From the NCBI GenBank assembly GCA_044892525.1, contig CM097885.1:26972001-27036000 (forward strand): a stretch of 64,000 nucleotides of DNA, read 5' to 3'. The notes beneath the pieces are model-generated. The model worked only from the letters and a program-made list of their open reading frames with translations, was not told the DNA's origin and did no database searches. The position numbers and the translations under genes are program-made. Below are positions 24,834 to 38,085 of this stretch, one piece after another (position 1 is the first letter of the stretch; each line of letters opens with the position of its first letter). This DNA is from Schmidtea polychroa (taxonomy: Eukaryota).

Positions 24834-25189
24834 ATGTCACAAGTTTCTGAAATCGGTAAATAAATATATTTTATTCTTAAATTTTAAAATTATGTTTAGA
24901 TTATCAAATAGAAATTCTAATTAATAAAGTGTTTGAGATTTATCCGGAAATCAAAGATGAAATTATAAATTATGCTCCGGAAATTGCACCAGCCAAAATA
25001 TTTCAGGCAACTGGGATTAACATAGAGCGCATTATTTTTCACCATAAATTTATGATGTATGGATATGAAAAGCAAACTCAATTACTAAAAGATTCATGTT
25101 GTCAATATCAATGTCAAGAATGTATTACTTACAAAAGAAAACAAACAGTAAACATTCTACTCAACGAATTGTATAAATATTTCAAATAG
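24834..25189 (+). CDS. Two-exon Cys-rich hypothetical protein (exons 24834-24855 and 24900-25189)
   Basis: A 44-nt GTAAAT...TTTAG intron joins MSQVSEI in frame to DYQIEILINKVFEIYPE...; CCQYQCQEC cluster. Confidence 0.7.
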
Positions 25190-25228
25190 TTTTTTAATAA
25201 ATGTTTCATTGTTTTGAAAATTTAATTA

Positions 25229-26023
25229 GAAATAGTAAATATTTTTTAAATTGCGCGCGAAAAATAATTTTTAAAACAAAGATTCGACATCTCTGATTTT
25301 AATTACATATAAAACAAAAACATTGGTATTAATATCTCTATTTATATTGGCTCTATATATTAATCAAATGAGTTTATTTAAACAAATATTCATAGTTGAC
25401 ACAATAACAGTATACATTTGAACAAAGATTTGAAATCTCCATTCAAAACTACTATAGAAAGCTGAAAGTCCCATCAAAATATGTAAATTTTACGATGCAC
25501 TGTCATAAATAGAATGGTTGAAAATATTTCAAAGTCCGTCGGACATAGCCGAATTTTTGAGAATTATCGATTGGTTTTACTTTTTCTTAATTCCTGGGAG
25601 AACCAAGAAACTTTTCGAGGATTTTATTTCGGAATCTCCTTAGTTGAATCAAGACGCAACTTTTTTGTTAAGGATGTCTCGACTAAATATACTTGGTTCC
25701 CAATGTTCCAAAAAATATTCCTTAAAAACGTGACATATATATTGAAAAGAAATCTTTTTGTTGATTTCATATAAATTAATCTGTGTCGACAAATAACAAA
25801 TCTTTTTTCGTGGACAATGTCTGGGTGAAATCTTTAATGTAAGAAAAGCACACCTGAATAAATTTTACACATTTTGCACATTTTGCACATTTTGCACTTT
25901 GCACTTAAAAATCAATATATGCGCGATAACTCATCGATCAAACGCGCAATAACTTATCAGCAAGGGGGGGGGTATATATGCGCGATAACTCATACTGATT
26001 CATGGGGCTCACATCTACCTACT
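25229..26023 (-). repeat. Right TIR of the Polinton (about 795 bp)
   Basis: Near-perfect reverse complement of the outer and inner parts of the left TIR. Confidence 0.95.
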
Positions 26024-28780
26024 CGAGAAGAAGTAAAATCAAAACAGTAATCAATAAAAGTTAAAACAAAACAGCCAGGGAAAAATAGAAAAATGAATAT
26101 AATCGTTAATTCAATAAGCCAGTGATAGTCGAAGTAAATTGTAGAAATTGTTAAAGTCCTAAGTCGAAATAGGAAAGCAACCGGATCAATTGTGCGATAT
26201 GTTACCCATTAGCAGCAGTTAAGTGGTTGTATAATAAAAGTGTTCCTAAAGTGATATTCCTCCCGAAGGGTTGTAATAAACACCCGAATACGTTTGAGTT
26301 GCATTGATTAATTGGTGTCAGTGTAATCGTTATAACCATTTAGTGGTATTGAATAAAGTTATATTATTTGGAATTCGTTGTTGTTGTTAAATAAAACACG
26401 CTCGGAGTCAGAAAACAGTAATTAATTTGATAAACCAACGACAACAAACAAACCCCAACAATTTGTTATTATTACTTTTACAAAGTATTTCCAACTGTAT
26501 TGCTTGCTTGATATAATTGTTAAAGAAACACCAGTAAAACTTTCGTATTTTTTGAAAATATTTTGAAATTTCATGTATTTTATTTTCCTTATAATTTTGC
26601 GTTATCAGCGATATCTTACTCAGCCAAAGATATATGATACAAGTAACAAGAATTTTCTATAAGTCCTGTCTTGCACATGTAAATGTATGGATCTGCTTTG
26701 TTGTATATTCATACTACAACTATTTGTATCTCTTTTAGTTTCTAGGGTCACATCTTTCCAAACATCAAATGATTTATTCGATCAGCTTTTATAACTATTA
26801 CTAACAACTTTCCCAACTATGTTGGAACTATATAATGTAGCTTTAACTATAATAAGCAGGTGAACTTTGGTATTAAAACTACTTCATGATGTGCTTTCGC
26901 ATTCGGTTCTTGGTACCAATAAAATGATTCACACCACCGTATCGCTCAAAATTTCCCACTAAATTCTTATCTTCTCACTGTTGTTAGTCGATCTATTTTA
27001 TTCCCAATAATCTATTTAAAGTCAATGAATTATTAGTAATATTAAACAAATGCATAATCAATATGCAAGGCAAAACACATTAAGAAACTTAAAGTATGGA
27101 AAATTTATAACAGGTGTGCCGTTTTAACGAAGCGGGCATAATCTTCGTCACGTTTGTGATTTTGGTTTTTGAAGATTTTTTGCTTTCTTAGTTTTTTTAT
27201 ATTCTATCTTATTATTTTTTGCCGTTTTTATTTTTGGATTTTTTCCTTTTGCGGTCGTTTTCTTTTTTATTCGTTATCTCAGTTGTTTTGGGTGCTTCCT
27301 CTTCTTCTATGTGTTTTTTAGTTGCATTTTCTTTTTCTGCTTGTGCTGTCTTTTTGGCTTACTCTTCTTCTATGCGTTTTTTGTCGCTTTTTCTTTTTCT
27401 TGTGCTTCCATTATTTCCTTTAAGCCTATCGATTCCTTTCTTTGGCGTTTAGGTTTTATTCTTTTTGTGTTGTTGCTAAATCTTGCGTATTTAGCTTCTA
27501 TTACACTTTCGCTTTCTTCGGATTCCTCAGTCTTTGAATCTAAGCTATAGGCTTCATAGTCTGTTTCTAGGTATCTATCCTCAACGTAGGATATTTTCTC
27601 TTCTTGTTACTACTACCAGAGAAAACTTTACTTTTACTCTGACTGCTTCACTCACCCTTAATCCTTGTCAGTAATTTATAAATCATAACAATAAAATACA
27701 TATATTTCAGGACTACACATAACTCATACTTTACAACCTGATGCTAGGAATACTACGATGAAGTTCTTGATCCTTATAAATTTAGGAGAAGGTCTTAGTT
27801 TGTTTGTTTAGAAGTAAGCTTAGCGCAATATTCTCAGAAATCATTTAATCCCTGGTATGAGTTAGAAGTGATATTATCCTATGAGGATCGTGTACTAAAG
27901 ACAGATTAAACTAAGTGCCTTGAGAGAAATCTAGGTCCATTTTAGCCTATGTCAATTCTTCACAAGAAGACTCTTTCAGAGTCGTTGATTCTGTAACATT
28001 AACACGATCCTCTTCAAACTTTATGTCACTAAAATATTTATAAATTATAACTGTTACATACATTTCCTTAGTACTTTGTCATACAATTAGAAACTATTCA
28101 TCAGCTTGTCCATCTCAACTTCATAAACTCGTGAATCGCCTCAACCATATTATGGTTACCATACTCACATTTCAGTATAACAGATTTTCTCAGCACAACC
28201 AAAGCGAAAACAACGAAAGAAAATCAATCACGTTAACACAATTATTTATTGAGAATTTTAAATTTGCTATAAAAAAATATACGTGGGGAGTTTGTGTTTG
28301 TCAATTTTGGGACACGCGGAGTCAGAGTAATCAACGGTCGACTTTTTAGTATCATAAAACCCAACAATATTACATGTTTATATAATATTGAGACACTATA
28401 TATTCAAAGGATCTTTTCGATCCATGAATTTTTGCGCAGATTTTAAAGTTACATAATGAGAGTGAAAAAGAATCTTGGAAATTTGTTAAATTTTAAAATT
28501 TCTGAATACAAATGAAAAAAAGTAAAAAATATCACTCATTTTAAGAGAAGAACAATGCTAAATTCCCGAGTAATTTAGTTGACCTTAAGGACGCAGGGGT
28601 ATAATGAGCATCAAAATTAGAAAACTAAGGTCATGAACGTTAAGGTTACGTTAAAACGGTTAATTTCCTGAATATGAATTTGTACAACGGGTTAAAGGTA
28701 GATTAGACAATGAAGACCAACATGTTGAGAATAGATTTGTTGTGAAATAGATTTGTTGTGAAATAGATTAATTAAACAAT

Positions 28781-29792
28781 TGTTGAGGATACCTAAATAA
28801 CAATTTATAAAGAAATAAATAAAGTTACCTGGGGGAAGATTGCCATGACAAACGGGACGATCTATAGAAACTCAGAAAAGAAAACGGAAGTGAAAAGAAA
28901 TTAAAAATGAGAAAGAGAAAGGAAATAGAAGTTATCAAACAGGAAAATAAAAATCAAGGTCAGTACTAATTAATTAGTACAGAAAGGAAAAGGAATTTTG
29001 AAATCGGGGAAAAAGGAAAACAATATACTTATCTCGACAGCTTGCCAGTGATAATAGAATTGATGGGAGAAGGCGGTCAAACAAAAAAGGGAAAAGGGAA
29101 AACAACTTGACAGCTGTCAGAGATAAAAATGGGACAGTCGGGAAAAGCCGGAGAAGGAAAATGGAATAACACTTGATTATCTGGAGTGCCGCAAGAGAAG
29201 CGAACTATATAAGGGAAAACTGGTGAACATGAAATTAGAACAAAAAGAGAAGAAAATTAGAGACAAAGTGACGCGAAATTGAAAACGATTTGGAAGACGA
29301 TTTGAGAGACGATTTGAGAGACGATTTGAGAGATAAAATTATTGGAGAAAATTAGACGTTGGAGGAAACGTTGTTGGACAAACGATTGTCAAAAATAATT
29401 GTAAAGGAAATAATTGTGGAAAATAATTATTGGAGAAGAGTTGAAGAAAAGAATTAGTTGAATAATAAATCGAAAAGAAGTTATTGATTATTTGAATAAA
29501 GTTTGGAAAAAAGTGAAAGAAAACAACCAGCTCAAAATCCCAGTTTAGAAACCAATCAGTAATTTGTGATCTTTTAATCCGGTGTTATACAAGTGCTATT
29601 CCTCACCGAGTGTTGCAATAAGCATTGTATAGTCACCGAGCAGAGGTTGAATTTATTGTCAGTGTAAAGAGAAAGTTTATTTGTCATTATCAATAAAGAT
29701 TTCTGTTGTCAAGTGTTATTTGTGAATCGTATAAAGACACGCTTGGAGTCAGAGTAACATTTAAATTTATTACCAACTCAAATAACCCAACA
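28781..29792 (+). mobile_element. Solo LTR (1012 bp)
   Basis: TGTTG...CAACA termini, 4-bp TSD CAAT, TATA at about 29206, 12-bp tandem GACGATTTGAGA; 3' end shared with 26200-26460 and 28300-28366. Confidence 0.8.
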
Positions 29793-31416
29793 CAATTATC
29801 AAGGGCGTAAAAAAAATAATTATGAAACTTTTTTTCAAATTTCACCACTGATTTCTTTTCCACTGACATTGTATTTATTAAAAAGATTGATTATGAATCA
29901 ACAAATATATCGATGTTTTTACTGATTCATAGTCAAGCTTTTTAATAAATACAAAAATAATTAATTAATTAACAAAGTCAGCAATTTTTTTTATCATGAC
30001 AACGTGACTAATGTTAGCCAGAAATAGAAAAGAAAAAAGTTATAGATTATTGAAAAGAAATTATTAATTAAACAATTATCAAGGGCGTAAAACAATATTT
30101 TGAAATTAAAAAAATTCCACATTTGCTGTCAGATAGTGAAGAAGAAAACACGAATTTTATGGAATGACTTGAAGAGATAACCAAAGGTAAACAAGAAGAA
30201 TTCAATTAAGTCGTAAGGAAACTAAGATATTCAGAAGGCGATTGCTGTTGTAAACTACGTGGTCTCGACATTGAGCAATTAAAATCTTTATCTTGATTGT
30301 AATAATTCAATTGTATAACTGCAATATACCTTGGGTTATATTAAATTTAGAAAACACTTGGAGTTAGATTTCAACAAATTATTCTTATTGTTAATGTATC
30401 CCTAGTTACATCACAGCTAATACTAAAGGAAATGAAATATAACCATAACAAGTCACCTTAAAAATATATATTATGAAATAATCACCAGATAAACCCAACT
30501 GCATTAACTATAGGCTATAGCTTCCTAATCCTTTTACTCCTCAGAATTCCTGAACCCTTTAAATTCAATTTACATCATAAAATCTACATCAAACACTCCA
30601 TAAATGAAATCGACCAATACTTCACCGCAACCAGTGCGATGGTATCTTCATATTATAAATAGAAAGAAAAAATTAAATTATGAATGGAACTTCTCTATCA
30701 TACAGAGTTATAATTACGGGATACATAATTATAGAATGGTGAAGTCAGTGAATCCCAAAAATATACTCGAATAGTTATATATACTAGGGCGAGCATAACG
30801 TTTCTAAAATGGCAAAAAACGAACGAGATATATTGATTACAAAGAAACTATTGACCAATAAATTTCATCACAATAGAGTTTGTAGTCATTATTTTGTAGA
30901 CTCACTTTTATTCAATTCTAAATGTTTATTTCTATCAATTCATCTGTGAACCTGCCTATATATCAATGGAACAATAAGACTTGTATTTATATTAAAGGTT
31001 TGTTACTAGAGATAAACGTTTCCTTTAATACGGGAGGATGTCTGCATGTCAAACCAAAAAAGGCTGAGCAGGTCAAATCACCAAATGTGCAAATGCAACA
31101 TCACTTTTACACTGATATAAAAGTTATGACTTACCATTACCATATGTTATTTTTTAATTTCAATTGTTTATATTTTAGTAAATTCAAGTAGTAAAATTTT
31201 TTTTGGTCAGATGATTTTTGGCGGGGTTTTACTAGGGAACGTTGATAACAATTTAATATTTTTCAGACTTTTGATGTCAATTAATATTTAGTACAAATTT
31301 TCGAGTATTGTTTTAAAACTTTCAATTTTAATACTGAATTCTTTCAGAATCGTTTACAGTACCAAATCATATTTTTCTTTAACTCTCATCAAATAAAAGA
31401 TGACGCCATTTCAATA

Positions 31417-31620
31417 CAGTCATACCCCGGTTAACGTTGTTAAATGGTTCCAGAAAAACGCGATGTTAACCGAAACAACGTTATACGAAGCAATTATAAT
31501 TAAGAAAAAAATTCGCAATTAAATAGATTTAAAAGATTTAAAAGATCCTTTTTCACCATGGTGGACCGACGTTACAGCGAAACAGCTTTATTCGGGGCAA
31601 CGTTATCCGGGGTATGACTG
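31417..31620. mobile_element. MITE (Tc1/mariner-pogo type), 204 bp
   Basis: TIR CAGTCATACCCCGG(T/A)TAACGTTG with TA on both flanks. Confidence 0.92.
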
Positions 31621-31701
31621 TACTTGGAATGCACCATTAGTTTAGTATTTAATTTGATCCAATAAAAAGAAATTTCAAATAGTCCGCTCAATATCTTTTT
31701 T

Positions 31702-32273
31702 TCAAACAAAGTCTTTTTCGATCAATTTTGCTGGTCTCGAAGAAATCTCATTAAGAAAATCAATAACCACAAATCTAGAATCAATACAATTTGTTTTCAC
31801 AGAAATTCTAATCTGCTGTTCGATCGTTATCGATAATGTAGAAATCGCACTCAATTTCATTGACGCCGTATTATAGCCATTCACTGCACAGATATCGAGT
31901 TGACAAAAAGATCCATCGCGGGATAAGGAACAGAAATATACTATTTCTCCCACAGATTTATGGAGAAACTTCTTATCTAATTCATTGGCATTGAACTGTT
32001 GATAGGATATTGCGTCCCTCTTAAACAAAATATGTTGACTTTGATCCGAAGATGATAACATGGACGATGGGAAACATAACTAAATTTCATTGTATTTATT
32101 AAGGAGAATTCAAAAAATACTTTGCACTCCGATAATGAATCAGCATTTATAACTTCAGTAATATCTGAGCTTGGAAAAACAATGAAAAATTCCAATTTAT
32201 CATCAAATGTCTTCAGCAATTCGACATTTGTTTCATCTCCAATAATAAACGAATTGGAAGACTGGTAGAACAT
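31702..32273 (-). CDS. Probable spliced host gene fragment of unknown function
   Basis: Two track ORFs join in frame across a 41-nt GT-AG intron at 32120-32080 (LSECK/LCFPSSMLSS). Confidence 0.45.
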
Positions 32274-32311
32274 TTCCCCTTGTGCTTTTATTTCTAAACT
32301 TTAATAATAAT

Positions 32312-32628
32312 TGTTAGAAGCTATAACATTTAATTCTTCGGTCATCAAAATAAATTACTAAGACTATTAAATCCAAAATTATATTTCATTAAATCTGATT
32401 ATATAAACAAATATTCTTGGGACATTTTCTAAATTTTAATTTCAACCAAATATCAACATACCATCGCATTCATACTTGAATTTCAATTTTATTAAAAATT
32501 ATTTTATTTTAAAATTTCAATTATCATTTCAATTTTAATATCTTAAAATAATTTAAGTTTCAATTAAAACTTTACAAATTTTAATCATGAACTAATTTAA
32601 TTTAGTATTTTAATTTTAACTCCTCACA
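32312..32628 (-). repeat. 3' LTR
   Basis: Direct repeat of 37056-37372 with one substitution seen. Confidence 0.97.
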
Positions 32629-35600
32629 TCCCCTTTTTTTAAAATGTTTGATCTTCTCAACATTTCTGACTACCATCTTCCCATTTTGATCTTTAAGTAA
32701 GTAGCTCCGTTCATGTATTTTCTTTATCACTTTGTACGGCCCTTCCCACCTTGCATCGTCTTTATTTCGAATTTCTTGTTTGATCAAGACCACATCTTCT
32801 ATTTCAAAATCTCTCACTGTTTTGCTTATTTTTGGTTTTAGTGTTTTATCCTCTATTCTCTTTTCCATATCTTCTCTATTTATTTCTTTATTCGAGTACC
32901 ATTTCATTCTGTCGATTTTCCTCCCAAATATAATCTCTGCTGGGCTTACTCCCGTTGTTTTTTGAACTGTTGCATTTAACGTATATTCTATTTCTGGCAC
33001 TATATCAGCCCAGTTTTTCCTTCCTCCTTCATTCAATGACGCGTTAATATACTCTCTGATTGTTCTGAATTGTCTTTCAATAATACCATTCGTGTTATGG
33101 TGATATGGGCTTGAGAAAATTAATTCAATGCCAGCTGCCTTTGCTAGTTCTTTTATACTTCTTGCTTCAAAGTTCTTCCCACAATCTACATGAAGTTCTT
33201 TTGGAGCTCCAAACTTTAATATCCATTTATTTAATAACGTCTCACTAATTGTTTTTTCGTCTTGCTTGTTTATGGCCGTTAATGAGATGTATTTACTATA
33301 GTGGTCAATGATTCCGCAAATATATTTCTTTTTGTTGAACGTTTCTTTCAATGGCCCACATATATCCATATATATCTTCTCGAATGGTTCTGTACTCTTT
33401 ATTGTTTGAGTTTCCTCCTTTGTCTTGGTTGTTATCGTTTTCATTTTCTGACATCTTTCGCAGTTCTCAATTACCTTTTTTACTTCCGTTGCTAAATTTT
33501 CCATGTCGCAGTTATTCTGGATATATTTTGTTACTTTCTGTGCACCTGCATGGCACAGCAATACGTGTACTTCTTTTATCATCCTCTGTCTATTATCTGA
33601 CGGTATCCATATTTTACCTTGCTTAGTTAGTACCGTGTTGTTTTCCATTATGAACTTACAATCTTTATTTTCTAACTTATTCTTTATTTCTTGGACCTCC
33701 ATATTGTCATTTTGCCACTTGTTATATCCGCCTTCTGCTGTTACTGTTACTATTCTGGTTTTAATTTTGCCGGTTTTTGCGTCTTCGTGTTCCATCATAC
33801 ACTGTACACATGTTCCGCATGTTTTCCTGGATAGCATATCCGCGTTTGTATGGCTTGTTCCTTTCCTGTATTTCATTTTAATATCCAGGCTGCTTAAATA
33901 GTTGATCCATGTCTGGAATTGAGCAGTTATTGGTTTCTTCGTTGTTACCATAAACGTAATAGCTTTATGGTCCGTTCTCAGTACGAATCTCTTACCATAT
34001 AAGTAATGGTTGAAATGTTTACAAAAATAGTATATTGCCAATAATTCTTTTCTGGTAATGCAGTATCCTTTTTCGTGGCTGCTCATCGCATGTGAACCAT
34101 ATGCAATGACATGTTCATGTCCTTTTTCATCCTTTTGCGAAAGAACTGCTCCAATAGTATCGAAGCTCGCGTCTGTGTCTAATATAAATTCTTTTCTGAA
34201 ATCTGGAAATACCAATACTGGGGCGGTTATCAATGCTTCTTTCATTTCCCTGAAAGCCTTTTCACACATCTCTGTCCATCTTATTTTCTCATTGTTTTTT
34301 CCGCATATGCTTTCTAGTGCTCTTGCCTTCTTTGCATAGTCTTTTATGAACCGTCGATAATAGTTACAGATACCCAGAAAGCTCCTCAGATTCTTCACAC
34401 ATTTTGGTTTTTGAAATGATTGTATTGCTTCTATCTTAGTATTATCTGTTTGTATGCCGTCTTTATTTATTATGTGTCCCAGAAACTTCACTTCTTTTCT
34501 AAATATTTGACATTTTTCGGGGTTCAATCTTAGTCCTGCTGTTGCGATCTTCCCTAGGACTTTTCCAAATATGTTATAATGGTCTTCTTCTGTCTTTGTG
34601 AATATTAGGATGTCGTCTAAATATACCATCACTCCATCTTTCCACAAATCTTTCAATACTTTCGTCATTAATTCTTGAAATGTTCCTGGTGCCGCTGCAA
34701 TACCGAACGGCATCCTGTTAAAACAGAACTGTCCTTCTTTTGTTGAGAATGCTGTTTTCTCTTGAGATTCTTTATCTAACTTCACTTGGTAATAAGCATT
34801 TCCCAAGTCGATTGAGCTAAAATATCTGGATCCGTGTAGGATGTCTAAAATTTCATCTACATTTGGCATTGGAAATGCTTGTCTTTCTGTTATCTTGTTT
34901 AATTGTCTGAAGTCTAGACAAAGCCTGATGTCTTTTTTCTCTTTCTTCCATACACAAACTAAAGGTGTGTTCCACGGTGAATTACACTTCCTAATTATTC
35001 CGTTGTTTTCTAGATTTTTTATTGCTTCCTCAATCTTGTTTTCCAAATTTATTGGCTGACGTCTCGGTTTAATCATTATTGGCTCTCCTTTCGTGATGAT
35101 CTTATGTTTTATCAGATTGGTACACCCAATGTCCCATTTATCTGCCATAAAAACATTCTTGTTTGCCTGAAATATTTCTAGCAGTCTCTTATTTCCGGTA
35201 ACTTTTAAAACGTCGATGGCATGACGTAATCTTTCTTCATCTGTTATAATCCGCCCAAATCTAGCTTCTATTTCGCAAATGAAATCACTACGTTTTCCAT
35301 GTTCTTCTAGTATACATTTCAATTCTATACCAAATAACCTTTGTAGTTCTACTCCTCCAATAATTTCTGGTATTAAATTCTTTACTATAATGAATGTTAC
35401 ATTTCTTTCAATACTGCCCATTTTAACATTGATGTTTATTTTACCCATAGTTTCTAATCTACTGTTGTTTGCACATCTTAGCGATTCCCTTGTTTCTAAT
35501 ATTTCGATATTTTCTAATCGATCAATTACAGATTTAGCCATCACATTAATTCGCGCTCCTGTATCCAATAAACAATCTACTTTCCGCCCTTGGATATCCA

Positions 35601-35946
35601 GTGTTGTACTCGGTCTACCTTGCATTATATTATATGTTATTACTGGACTTTTTTGTTCTTCTACTGACAAAATATTCTGCTCTCTAGTATCTTCTACAAT
35701 TTCATTAATACACATGTCTCCATTTTTCTTGAGGAATTTGTAAATTTTCTCTATAGTTCTTTCCTCGTGTTTTACTAATTCATTTACTTTACACTCCTCT
35801 TTAAATTTTTTCTGAATTTCCTTATCATTCGACTTTTTAATTTCTACACTACTATTATTATTAATATCACGTTCAAAAACACTACAATCTTTATCAATCA
35901 TACAATCATCATACATACTTAAATTACACATACCGTTAGCATTCAT
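32602..35946 (-). CDS. pol: Pol polyprotein (protease, RT, RNase H, integrase)
   Basis: LLDTGA, YLDD, LDTDAS, H-H-C-C zinc finger, YMDICG/HVDCG/IERQF triad, GPY motif; uninterrupted. Confidence 0.97.
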   Translation of the reverse strand: MNANGMCNLSMYDDCMIDKDCSVFERDINNNSSVEIKKSNDKEIQKKFKEECKVNELVKHEERTIEKIYKFLKKNGDMCINEIVEDTREQNILSVEEQKSPVITYNIMQGRPSTTLDIQGRKVDCLLDTGARINVMAKSVIDRLENIEILETRESLRCANNSRLETMGKININVKMGSIERNVTFIIVKNLIPEIIGGVELQRLFGIELKCILEEHGKRSDFICEIEARFGRIITDEERLRHAIDVLKVTGNKRLLEIFQANKNVFMADKWDIGCTNLIKHKIITKGEPIMIKPRRQPINLENKIEEAIKNLENNGIIRKCNSPWNTPLVCVWKKEKKDIRLCLDFRQLNKITERQAFPMPNVDEILDILHGSRYFSSIDLGNAYYQVKLDKESQEKTAFSTKEGQFCFNRMPFGIAAAPGTFQELMTKVLKDLWKDGVMVYLDDILIFTKTEEDHYNIFGKVLGKIATAGLRLNPEKCQIFRKEVKFLGHIINKDGIQTDNTKIEAIQSFQKPKCVKNLRSFLGICNYYRRFIKDYAKKARALESICGKNNEKIRWTEMCEKAFREMKEALITAPVLVFPDFRKEFILDTDASFDTIGAVLSQKDEKGHEHVIAYGSHAMSSHEKGYCITRKELLAIYYFCKHFNHYLYGKRFVLRTDHKAITFMVTTKKPITAQFQTWINYLSSLDIKMKYRKGTSHTNADMLSRKTCGTCVQCMMEHEDAKTGKIKTRIVTVTAEGGYNKWQNDNMEVQEIKNKLENKDCKFIMENNTVLTKQGKIWIPSDNRQRMIKEVHVLLCHAGAQKVTKYIQNNCDMENLATEVKKVIENCERCQKMKTITTKTKEETQTIKSTEPFEKIYMDICGPLKETFNKKKYICGIIDHYSKYISLTAINKQDEKTISETLLNKWILKFGAPKELHVDCGKNFEARSIKELAKAAGIELIFSSPYHHNTNGIIERQFRTIREYINASLNEGGRKNWADIVPEIEYTLNATVQKTTGVSPAEIIFGRKIDRMKWYSNKEINREDMEKRIEDKTLKPKISKTVRDFEIEDVVLIKQEIRNKDDARWEGPYKVIKKIHERSYLLKDQNGKMVVRNVEKIKHFKKRGCEELKLKY

Positions 35947-35969
35947 TCTTTGGTTAAAATCAATATTAC

Positions 35970-37056
35970 TTAGTAAATTGCTCCGATCAATGTCCCGTTT
36001 GACGGAGCGTGCTCGTTTGGGTCATTCTCCCTGTTATACTCGTCTGGCTGGCTTGACTGTTTTGTATTCATCATCTCATCATCAGACTCGATAGCTGCAA
36101 TATCTTTTCTGTTATATTGTTGGTTTCCCCATTGTCTTTGATGTACGTTCCTTGATTGATACATATCGTCCCTTTGTTGATAGGTATTTCTTTGAATTCT
36201 TCCTCCTGACATCTTCCTTTGGTCTCGATCTCTTCCTTGATTTCGTCTTTCCATATTTGTGTAGCACTCTCTTTCTTTGTGTCCTCGTGCATTGCATCTA
36301 TGACATTTGATTGTTGGGCATTCTCTTCGTATGTGACCTTCAACACCACATGCATAACATTGAAATCTTCTTTTTATATTACATTCTCTGCTACTGTGTC
36401 CCGGTTTTTGACACGTCCAGCATTCTATCACTTTAACTCTTGTCTCTGGTTTCCATTCGTTGATTTCTCTCTTCGTGGCTCCAACTTGTACTACATCTCT
36501 ATAAGTTCTTCCCCCAGTTGTAGGTCGTATTGATCTCACCGTGTTTACTTGTTCAATAACCTTGTTAACTTTTTCTATCTTCTTTATAGTTTCTTTAATT
36601 TGTTCCGCCGTTTTGAGATCTTTCATTTCGATTTCTTTCCTGACTTCTTTATCTCTTACACAATGTGTCAATAAACATTTCTGAATTTCTTCCTCATTCC
36701 AAGTGTGTGAGGCCAATTTTTTAGTCATTTTTGATATTTTCTCTATAAATATTTCCGCTGATTCGTTACCTTGCTCGTAGTTCAAGGCTTCTCTTAAGTC
36801 ATCAATCAATGACGTTGGTCGATGAAAAGCTGCTCTTAATTTCTGTTCAACGGTTTTACCTTCTGTGGTTTCATATTCTTCAATCAAAGTCCTGTCCAGA
36901 AGTGTAATAACTAGTACCATTTGGGTCTTCACTGGTGTCTTCGCTTTTTTCAAAGAACCTCTGACATTCTTTGATAAATAATTCGAGGTCATCTCCTCTG
37001 TGGAATTTTTCTGGAAGTAATCTTCCAATAAGCAGATCCGTTGGAATGGTCGCCAT
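35970..37056 (-). CDS. gag: Gag with three CCHC zinc knuckles; frameshift in an A-run at about 36945-36950
   Basis: CWTCQKPGHSSREC, CYACGVEGHIRREC, CHRCNARGHKEREC; the N-terminus MATIPTD...ECQRFFE is in a different frame. Confidence 0.9.
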
Positions 37057-37372
37057 GTTAGAAGCTATAACATTTAATTCTTCGGTCATCAAAATAAATT
37101 ACTAAGACTATTAAATCCAAAATTATATTTCATTAAATCTGATTATATAAACAAATATTCTTGGGACATTTTCTAAATTTTAATTTCAACCAAATATCAA
37201 CATACCATCGCATTCATACTTGAATTTTAATTTTATTAAAAATTATTTTATTTTAAAATTTCAATTATCATTTCAATTTTAATATCTTAAAATAATTTAA
37301 GTTTCAATTAAAACTTTACAAATTTTAATCATGAACTAATTTAATTTAGTATTTTAATTTTAACTCCTCACA
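37056..37372 (-). repeat. 5' LTR
   Basis: Adjacent to the PBS; direct repeat of 32312-32628. Confidence 0.97.
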
Positions 37373-38085
37373 ATAATAATGTCGAGTTGTTACAAATATG
37401 TTAGAGTTGGGCCAACAGAGATTGGCGGAAAATGACATAATATGATGAATAAATAAAAATAGCAATTTTACAATTGCTAAAAATACAATATGATGGGCTG
37501 GAACCCGAGATAACCTAAATTTTCTATAAATTTGAACTTTCCATAAAGTAATTAAATGAAACCCTGTATTAACATAAATTGAGGTAGTCAGACAAATGTA
37601 AGGAAAAATAAAGAATGAGAGAAAGAAAAATAATAGAATAAAACAAAAATCACCAAAATAAAATAAATAATAAATAATTCGCAAACAGACAAACAACATA
37701 TAACCATAACTAATGTTGGGCTGAGAACTAAGACAAAAAATTAAAAGCATGAAATAATGTAAATAAGCAAAAAAGACAAAAACAATAAGAAACGACAAAA
37801 AGTACCACCAAAATCAAATAACAAATTAAAATAAATATATAATAAGAATATTAATTGAATAAAATATAAAAAAAACAAAAAAAAACAGAATTAAAACAAT
37901 AAATTTAAAGAAGCAAAAACATTAAATAAGGATAATAATAGGAAAGCGACACCAAAAATATGCAATTAATATAAAAATTTATAGAGAAAATTAATACAAT
38001 TTTAAGAGAAAACTTAAAAGACGAGTAAAATTACAAAAAATACATAAATTTTAATTAAATTAATTAATTTTGCGATACCTCGATT

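Larger units (their letters stand above)
10134..26023. mobile_element. Full-length Polinton/Maverick (adintovirus-like endogenous virus), 15,890 bp
   Basis: Termini AGTAGGTAGATG...CATCTACCTACT, perfect 6-bp TSD CGAGAA (10128-10133 and 26024-26029), long TIRs, full core gene set. Confidence 0.98.
6821..26460 (+). mobile_element. Old ~1-kb-class LTR split by two insertions (pieces about 6821-7135, 10009-10133, 26024-26460)
   Basis: The pieces resemble the start, TATA region and end (CACGCTCGGAGTCAG...CCCAACA) of the intact solo LTR at 28781-29792; no matching TSD found. Confidence 0.45.
32312..37372 (-). mobile_element. Full-length Ty3/Gypsy LTR retrotransposon, 5061 bp
   Basis: 317-bp TG...CA LTRs, 5-bp TSD ATAAT, PBS TGGCGACC, PPT AAAAAAAGGGGA, domain order gag-PR-RT-RH-IN. 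Confidence 0.98.

Noticed and set aside
27130..27600. Lys/Glu-rich coding-like stretch on the minus strand and hydrophobic plus-strand ORFs
   Set aside because: Multiple stops, low complexity, no recognisable domain
32732..36533. Antisense and alternate-frame ORFs within the Gypsy element (likewise within Polinton genes)
   Set aside because: Shadows of the real coding strand
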